From: a virus
DNA: 14,518 nt
Reading direction: 5' to 3' (one strand)
IMG/VR virus record: IMGVR_UViG_3300045988_159754
Each line of letters starts with the position of its first letter. Position 1 is the first letter of the stretch. The position numbers were made by a program, and so were the translations under genes. The notes beneath the pieces were generated by a model. That model was given only the letters and a program-made list of their open reading frames with translations. It did no database searches and was not told the origin of the DNA. Of the stretch, positions 1-4,716 are shown piece after piece.

Positions 1-41
1 GCTCAGTGTCTCGTGGGCTCGGAGATGTGTATAAGAGACAG
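1..41. other. Illumina Nextera (Tn5 mosaic-end) library adapter, technical sequence
   Basis: Bases 8-41 read GTCTCGTGGGCTCGGAGATGTGTATAAGAGACAG, the Nextera read-2 transposase adapter ending in the 19-nt Tn5 mosaic end. Bases 1-7 are the reverse complement of the index-position bases at the other contig end. Confidence 0.95.
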
Positions 42-335
42 ATACAGAATTCTGTAATATTCCGGTTCCCACCGTTACAGATTTCTGAACAGTTGCTTGT
101 ACATGTCCTGCGAACACATGTCCGCGGTGCATGTACACCTGAAAGCAGGGCAGGGGATTGCGTGCCGGTGTACATAGTAACATTTGCTAGTTTTAAGAAT
201 GATACAAATGTACATCGCATGAGCATATAGTTCATGTACCTGTAAGGCTCTCTGTGCTATACTATAATTGTGCCATAAGGGTACATATCGCTATACCTCA
301 CACCGACACAGAAAGGGAGAATTTGAAATGAAAAA
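42..335. repeat. Left inverted terminal repeat (42-215 perfect; 216-335 degenerate)
   Basis: 42-215 is the exact reverse complement of 14304-14477. By hand alignment, 216-335 matches 14183-14303 with 11 substitutions and one 1-nt indel. Similarity stops right after ATGAAAAA. Confidence 0.9.
255..268 (+). promoter_or_regulatory. Left-end inward promoter (extended -10)
   Basis: TGCTATACT (255-263) is a TGn-extended -10 and overlaps a perfect TATAAT (263-268). It is conserved base for base in the right ITR copy. An SD (AAAGGGAG, 312-319) and ATG (328) lie about 50 nt downstream. Confidence 0.6.
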
Positions 336-485
336 TGGTTTATAACGGGTGATGACTTGTGCGGACTCATTGTTAATGCAGAAAGTTTTGACGAAGCGCT
401 TGCACAGGCTCACAAGATTAACCCAGAGTATAGCACAGGGCAAGTTATTAGAGAGGTTGAAACATGCAATATACAAATGTGTTAG
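328..485 (+). CDS. Small early ORF, frame-disrupted as assembled
   Basis: A strong SD (AAAGGGAG) lies 8 nt before ATG-328, but that frame stops after 5 codons (MKNGL*). The protein-like frame (..WFITGDDLCGLIVNAESFDEALAQAHKINPEYSTGQVIREVETCNIQMC*) is the -1 frame. It is open from 327 to 485, and TTG-357 is its first canonical start. One extra A in the A5 run would fuse ATG-328 to it. Confidence 0.3.
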
Positions 486-625
486 TCATTGCGTATGACG
501 TGCTAAACCATGTTGAAATTTATCAAGGGCAACGCCTCGATGAAGCAGAAAAGGCGGTTGACAGATATTGCGATTTTATGGGGCTGCCTGATGATACATC
601 TATTAGAACTGAGGTGATTATATGA
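464..625 (+). CDS. Hypothetical early protein (53 aa)
   Basis: Below the 60-aa cut-off of the ORF track. ATG-464 is preceded by GAGAGG with a 7-nt spacer. The stop TGA overlaps the next start (ATGA at 622-625), which suggests translational coupling. Translation: MQYTNVLVIAYDVLNHVEIYQGQRLDEAEKAVDRYCDFMGLPDDTSIRTEVII. Confidence 0.5.
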   Translation: MQYTNVLVIAYDVLNHVEIYQGQRLDEAEKAVDRYCDFMGLPDDTSIRTEVII

Positions 626-852
626 CAACTTTCACAGCACAGCGCACCGCGCTTGAACGTGCAATCAATGATCTGTTGTGCAGTTGTGGTGTCAATGAAT
701 CATGCGCAACATGTGACCATTTGCCCGTGTGCGCAATGGCACGCAGAACAAAGCACCTTATCAATGAGGATAAACGCAACGACTGTAATAATGATTTTGC
801 CGTATGGGCAGACAACTATATAAAGGGGATGTTTGGCAATGACAATCAGTGA
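622..852 (+). CDS. Hypothetical early protein, Cys-rich (76 aa)
   Basis: SD GAGGTG lies 6 nt upstream of the ATG, and the start is coupled to the previous ORF. The protein contains CxC-x5-CxxC-x5-C (CSCGVNESCATCDHLPVC), a possible small metal-binding knuckle. No family recognised. Confidence 0.6.
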   Translation: MTTFTAQRTALERAINDLLCSCGVNESCATCDHLPVCAMARRTKHLINEDKRNDCNNDFAVWADNYIKGMFGNDNQ

Positions 853-1027
853 CTTTTACCGGGTGTGTCTGTCAATGCAGCCTAAAACAAGTATCCGCGT
901 ATATGATAACGACCGTTGCATTTATAATGGTGAATATGGTGATCTGCCTTACGCACTTGCAAAACATGAGTTTGACACCTTGCTAGTCAATCCCGATATG
1001 AAGTGGAAATTTTATTTTAACTCTTGA
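839..1027 (+). CDS. Hypothetical early protein, DFYR family (62 aa)
   Basis: ATG-839 lies 9 nt after AAAGGGGA, so the track start TTG-833 is less likely. It is a paralogue of the first right-arm ORF (13943-14190): shared I/T-x-x-DFYR-x-C..P..VY..GDLP..EF. Confidence 0.6.
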   Translation: MTISDFYRVCLSMQPKTSIRVYDNDRCIYNGEYGDLPYALAKHEFDTLLVNPDMKWKFYFNS

Positions 1028-1053
1028 CACTTAACATATAAATATGATACTAT
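1024..1053 (+). promoter_or_regulatory. Sigma-A-type promoter for the structural (late) operon
   Basis: TTGACA (1024-1029), an 18-nt spacer, TG (1045-1046), then TACTAT (1048-1053). The -35 overlaps the stop codon of the preceding ORF. Confidence 0.55.
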
Positions 1054-1054
1054 G

Positions 1055-1151
1055 AAAGCGGGAAAAGATGCGCAAGCTATACGGACGGAATCCGGCGCAA
1101 GACCTTGTAGCGGGTCATGAGTCTTTTCCCGCTTTTTGTATATCCGTCCGT
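1055..1151 (+). promoter_or_regulatory. Structured leader, intrinsic terminator or candidate small RNA
   Basis: There is 14-bp perfect complementarity between 1055-1068 (AAAGCGGGAAAAGA) and 1122-1135. A local hairpin pairs 1109-1114 (AGCGGG) with 1128-1133 (CCCGCT) and is followed by TTTTT. A 9-bp helix pairs 1081-1089 (ACGGACGGA) with 1143-1151 (TCCGTCCGT). GCGCAAG occurs twice (1070-1076 and 1095-1101). Confidence 0.4.
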
Positions 1152-1171
1152 CTGAAAGTGAGGTGTAAACC

Positions 1172-1324
1172 ATGGAAGAGATCAGCACTATCATCCAGCA
1201 GGTTGGTTTTCCGATTGCGGCTTTTTTGCTGATGTGGTGGCAGAGTAACACCACGATTAAGGAAAACACCGCTGCCATTGTAAAACTCTGCGAGCACATA
1301 GGCAAAACGGACGGTGATGTATAA
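1172..1324 (+). CDS. Small single-pass membrane protein, YvrJ-like (50 aa); possible holin-like role
   Basis: Not in the ORF track because it is under 60 aa. SD GAGGTG lies 6 nt before ATG-1172. MEEISTIIQQVGFPIAAFLLMWWQSNTTIKENTAAIVKLCEHIGKTDGDV has one hydrophobic helix around a VGFPIA motif that I associate from memory with the YvrJ family (PF12841). The stop overlaps the next start (TAATG). Confidence 0.55.
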   Translation: MEEISTIIQQVGFPIAAFLLMWWQSNTTIKENTAAIVKLCEHIGKTDGDV

Positions 1325-1533
1325 TGTATGTTGTTATGTATGCCGACATTACCAGCGCCCAAGCGTGGATTGTATACAGCAAATGCAAGCAACTTGGCAT
1401 CGGTTATTATAGCGAATACACCGCCAATTATAACCAGAACGCTGCATGCGGCCCTATGACAGTAGGCGATAAAGACACGCTTGTCAAACTTATCAATGAC
1501 CCCGCTAAAACAACTGTATTGAAAGAGGTGTAA
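1324..1533 (+). CDS. Hypothetical protein (69 aa)
   Basis: The ATG is coupled to the upstream stop, with GGTGA 7 nt upstream. It lies between the membrane peptide and the scaffold-position gene. No family recognised. An alternative start is ATG-1336. Confidence 0.55.
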   Translation: MYVVMYADITSAQAWIVYSKCKQLGIGYYSEYTANYNQNAACGPMTVGDKDTLVKLINDPAKTTVLKEV

Positions 1534-1536
1534 ACT

Positions 1537-1935
1537 ATGACTATTGATGATATTATTGTCCTGTGCCGTGCAGGCTACACTAAAGACGATCTTGCAAAGC
1601 TTGTCACTCTTGACAACGCTGCACCCGCTGCACCCGCTGCACCCGCCGCACCCGCTGCACCCGCTGCACCCGCTGCACCCGCTGCACCCGCTGCACCCGC
1701 TGCACCTGCTGCACCCGCCGCACCCGCTGCACCCGCTGCACCCGCTGCACCTGCTGCACCCAATGCACCCGCTGCACCTGTAGAGGATGCGGGCGGTATT
1801 ATTGCCGCAATTAACGCACTTGGCGCACAGATCAAAACCATGAACATTGCGGCGACTGAACAGCCGAAACCCCAGACGGCGGAAGATGTGCTTGCAAGCA
1901 TTATCTTGCCGCCCAAACCCGCAACACAGAAATGA
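1537..1935 (+). CDS. Putative scaffolding or head-morphogenesis protein with (Ala-Ala-Pro)x18 linker
   Basis: SD GAGGTG, then ATG-1537. It lies immediately upstream of the capsid gene, as gp7 does in phi29. The architecture is a 27-aa N-terminal module, 54 aa of AAP repeats, and a roughly 50-aa helical C-terminus. The functional call is positional only. Confidence 0.6.
   Translation: MTIDDIIVLCRAGYTKDDLAKLVTLDNAAPAAPAAPAAPAAPAAPAAPAAPAAPAAPAAPAAPAAPAAPAAPAAPNAPAAPVEDAGGIIAAINALGAQIKTMNIAATEQPKPQTAEDVLASIILPPKPATQK
1618..1779 (+). repeat. Tandem 9-bp repeat GCTGCACCC x18 (coding, AAP)
   Basis: Eighteen head-to-tail units were counted by hand. The variants are GCC at units 4 and 12, CCT at units 10, 15 and 18, and AAT at unit 17. 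All units are in frame within CDS 1537-1935. Confidence 0.95.
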
Positions 1936-1945
1936 GGTGTAAACC

Positions 1946-3160
1946 ATGAATGATATGACTATTTCGCAGGCCGCGTCCATCCTTGGCGAGGCCGTTGAAC
2001 AGGCAACCGGGCAGAAAGTGATTACCAATATTGCAACGCCTGAACAGTTTGTTTCTGTCGCGCAGACCGCTATTAAAACCGGCTATGACCCCATTATTAA
2101 CGCACTGTCACAGCTTTGGAGCCGGTCAATTTACGCAGTGCGCGACTATACTAGCCCTCTTACTAGTCTTGAAATGGATTTGCCGCGATACGGCAATGCA
2201 CTGCGCAAGATGAGTCCCATTGCTGCCAAGATGCAGGACGATCAGCGTTTTATGTGGCCTGTCGCATATGATGCAACAGGTCACGACACTAACGCACTTG
2301 GTAATGGTGAAAGCGTGGATATGTACAAGATCAGTAAACAGGAAGTTTTGCAAACTAACTTTTACGGTACCGCAGTATACCAGCAGCGCTACACCACTTT
2401 TAAGGATCAGTTCGACGTCGCAATGTCCGGCGCGGAAGAATTTATGCGTTTTAATGCAATGAACATGACGGAGCGCAACAACGATAAAGAGTCTTACCGT
2501 GAAGCTGTCGCCCGCGGCATGCAAGCAAACTTTATCGGCGCCCTTTTGGACGAAAAGCAGGCAACGCGCGTTGTCCATCTGTTGACCGAGTACAACGCAG
2601 AAAGCGGCCTTGAGCTTACCGCGCAGAGTGTCTATCAGCCCGCAAACTTTGCGCCCTTTATGCAGTGGGTTGCGGCTCGCGTTAATACTATTGCCCGCCT
2701 GATGGGCGAGCGGAGCCAGATGTATCAGACCGTCATTAACGCCAAGCCTGTTTTGCGTCACACCCGCGCGGAGAATCTGCGCGTTGCGCTGTATAGTAAA
2801 GCATATGAGCAGATGCGCACCATGGTTTTGTCTCCCACTTACCATGACGATTATCTGTCGCTTGGCAATTTTGAGAGTATCAATTTTTGGCAGAGCATCG
2901 AGACCCCCGACAGTATCGCAATCACGCCGGTATACACCGATACTACCGGCGCGGTTAAGAAAGCAACCGCCGAAGTTGAGCAGGCAGGTATTTTTGGCAT
3001 CATGCACGACCGCGATGCATTGGGCTACTGCTATACCAACAAGTGGAGCGCAACCACGCCGCTGAACATTGATGGCGGCTATTGGAACACAGCAGAGCAT
3101 GCAACCATCAAGACCATTCAGGATAACACCGAAAAAGCCGTTGTGTTGCTGCTTGACTAA
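1946..3160 (+). CDS. Major capsid protein (phi29 gp8-like)
   Basis: 404 aa, with SD GAGGTG upstream. It follows the scaffold-position gene and is followed by a strong terminator. The C-terminal HDRDALGYCYTNKWSATTPLNIDGGYWNTAEH resembles the [31 protein letters not shown] region of phi29 gp8 as I remember it. Confidence 0.8.
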   Translation: MNDMTISQAASILGEAVEQATGQKVITNIATPEQFVSVAQTAIKTGYDPIINALSQLWSRSIYAVRDYTSPLTSLEMDLPRYGNALRKMSPIAAKMQDDQRFMWPVAYDATGHDTNALGNGESVDMYKISKQEVLQTNFYGTAVYQQRYTTFKDQFDVAMSGAEEFMRFNAMNMTERNNDKESYREAVARGMQANFIGALLDEKQATRVVHLLTEYNAESGLELTAQSVYQPANFAPFMQWVAARVNTIARLMGERSQMYQTVINAKPVLRHTRAENLRVALYSKAYEQMRTMVLSPTYHDDYLSLGNFESINFWQSIETPDSIAITPVYTDTTGAVKKATAEVEQAGIFGIMHDRDALGYCYTNKWSATTPLNIDGGYWNTAEHATIKTIQDNTEKAVVLLLD

Positions 3161-3172
3161 CTCTTAATAATA

Positions 3173-3204
3173 GCCCCGTGTCAGTTATGGCACGGGGTAT
3201 TTTT
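3173..3204 (+). terminator. Rho-independent terminator after the capsid gene
   Basis: The stem pairs CCCCGTG (3174-3180) with CACGGGG (3191-3197) around a 10-nt loop, followed by TATTTTT. It is probably partial, because the tail genes continue downstream. Confidence 0.7.
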
Positions 3205-3221
3205 GAAAGAGGTGAAAGAGC

Positions 3222-4703
3222 GTGAATATTACGCTATATCAATTTGCCAAAAAATTGAACAGCACAGTCCGCCCCTCTGGCACGTCAAAAGGCGTGCAAG
3301 GTCAACTTAGGGAATCTTGCAGCATGTTAGCGCCGGAAATTGGTTTTGTGTCGTTTGGTCAAACGGAAAGTCCGCACGCGTGGAACTATGCATATATTCC
3401 AGATTTTGGCAGATTTTATTTTATTGACAACTGGACATGGACGGGCGGCATATGGTATGCAAGTATGACCGTTGACCCCTTGGCAAGCTGGCGCGATGCA
3501 ATCGCAAACAGTACTGAATATATTGTAAGAGCTGCAAGCGCTGTCAACCCCGATATTATAGATACCACATACCCAACATTAAGTTATGCAAGATTAGCAA
3601 GGCAGGACTTGCCCGCAATTTACACGGATAACGTGCAGGGCGGTACTTTTATTTTTGGCGTGCAAGCATCGGGCTATAATGCTTTTGGCTCTACCACCAC
3701 AATGGCGTGCAAGGCAGATAGTTTCAAAAAGTTAATGACTAAATTACTATCAGATACCGACTATCTTAATATAGACCCTAACGAGATTAGCGGCAATCTT
3801 GCAAAAGCGCTGTTTAATCCTATACAGTATTTTAGTTTTGCATATTGGTTGCCGTTTGGGGCAAGTTTTCCCGATGCATCGGCTGTTGAGAGTGTGCCGG
3901 TTGGCTGGTGGAGATTAGATGTCGGCGGCAAATTTTGGATACTTGACCAAAATAACGATAGCTTAAAATATCGTTTTAACGTTGCAATCCCCAAAAATCC
4001 GGCAGCAGATAGCAAACACTCCTACTTGAAAGCAACCCCATACAGCACCTATAAAATGTATATGCCCGGTTTTGGCCTGATTGACATTGACAGCAGCAGA
4101 TTGTATAATGCAAATAGATTGTACGGGAGTCTTTCAATCGACCTATACACCGGCAACGCGGTTTTGGAGCTTTCCGCGCGTGACGATTATAAAGCAGCAT
4201 TTCAGACCCTCACCGGCAACGTGGCGGTACAAATCCAGATCGGACAAATCACAAGCATGGTTAATACAGCAGGCGGAGTTGTGCAGGCATTCGCAGGTGG
4301 TGTAGTTGCCGGTGCGCAGTCGTTTTTCCAGCAGGCGGCAGATATTACCCGCAAGGTACACGATTGGATTAACGGTGCCGAAACTCTAGGACTTGACCAA
4401 AACGCGGCAGCAATTAGCAACGGTATCCAAAGCGGAGCGCAGCAGGCGACCGCAGAAAGTGTGTCAAAAGGCGGACAGGGCAGTGTTGTAGAGTACGGTT
4501 TTACACCGTATCTGTTAGGCAAGTTTTGGGATTTGGTCGGAGAGGCGCCGGAGCACCGCGGCTATCCGCTGTGCGAGAAACGCAAAATTAGCAGCTTGTC
4601 CGGCTATATCATGTGTTCCGACAGCGATTTTTCCGCGCCTGCAACGTCAATGGAGATCAGCGCGATCCGCGAGCATCTTAATAATGGATTTTATTTTGAA
4701 TAA
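3222..4703 (+). CDS. Tail knob or distal tail tube protein (phi29 gp9-like)
   Basis: GTG start 7 nt after AGAGGTG; 493 aa. The N-terminal pattern NYAYIPDFGRFYFIDNWTW..WYASMTVDPLASW resembles the phi29 gp9 N-terminal block (..NKWFYAFVTELEF..VHFEIDVLQTW) as I remember it. It follows the capsid gene. Confidence 0.6.
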   Translation: MNITLYQFAKKLNSTVRPSGTSKGVQGQLRESCSMLAPEIGFVSFGQTESPHAWNYAYIPDFGRFYFIDNWTWTGGIWYASMTVDPLASWRDAIANSTEYIVRAASAVNPDIIDTTYPTLSYARLARQDLPAIYTDNVQGGTFIFGVQASGYNAFGSTTTMACKADSFKKLMTKLLSDTDYLNIDPNEISGNLAKALFNPIQYFSFAYWLPFGASFPDASAVESVPVGWWRLDVGGKFWILDQNNDSLKYRFNVAIPKNPAADSKHSYLKATPYSTYKMYMPGFGLIDIDSSRLYNANRLYGSLSIDLYTGNAVLELSARDDYKAAFQTLTGNVAVQIQIGQITSMVNTAGGVVQAFAGGVVAGAQSFFQQAADITRKVHDWINGAETLGLDQNAAAISNGIQSGAQQATAESVSKGGQGSVVEYGFTPYLLGKFWDLVGEAPEHRGYPLCEKRKISSLSGYIMCSDSDFSAPATSMEISAIREHLNNGFYFE

Positions 4704-4716
4704 AGGAGTTGAGTAC

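Noticed and set aside
42-215. Hairpin-telomere or circularly permuted genome as an explanation for the inverted ends.
   Set aside because: The genome encodes a protein-primed-type PolB with a terminal-protein-position gene. The repeats are inverted rather than direct, and they continue as diverged copies into unique sequence. All of this fits classical ITRs of a linear protein-capped genome.
6-230. 74-aa ORF at the left end, with its mirror image at 14289-14513 (MSRGLGDVYKRQ...).
   Set aside because: The first 12 codons translate Nextera adapter sequence and the rest runs through the non-coding ITR. The two ORFs are identical only because the ITR is. They are artefacts.
291-476. 61-aa minus-strand ORF in the left early region.
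   Set aside because: It points outward toward the genome end, against the end promoter. It has no SD and overlaps plus-strand ORFs that do have SDs.
1618-1779. Possibility that the short direct repeats form a CRISPR array.
   Set aside because: The units are 9 bp, strictly head to tail with no spacers, and they lie in frame inside a CDS.
1544-1916. Alternative-frame repeat ORFs: HPLHPL on the plus strand (1544-1783) and AAGAAG on the minus strand (1575-1916).
   Set aside because: They are by-products of the 9-bp tandem repeat. Only the AAP frame has an SD, an ATG and non-repeat flanking domains that fit the operon.
1012-2028. 338-aa minus-strand ORF with CSGCSG repeats.
   Set aside because: It is antisense to four well-supported plus-strand genes and to the 9-bp repeat, which stays open in every frame. 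It has no SD, and it spans a promoter and a structured intergenic region.
2126-3100. Long antisense ORFs opposite structural genes: 2126-3100, 5106-6089, 6637-7290, 8106-8492, 8508-9200 and 9270-9683.
   Set aside because: Each lies opposite a gene with recognisable capsid, portal or tail motifs and proper SDs. None has an SD or a recognisable motif, and their composition is Cys/Arg/His-rich in the way typical of antisense frames.
4684-4716. Longer N-terminal extensions offered by the ORF track (starts at 4684, 5259, 6103, 6799, 833, 13983 and 14251).
   Set aside because: In each case a downstream ATG has a well-spaced GGAGG-type SD, while the extension overlaps the preceding gene or, for 14251, starts inside the promoter -10. 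I used the SD-supported starts.
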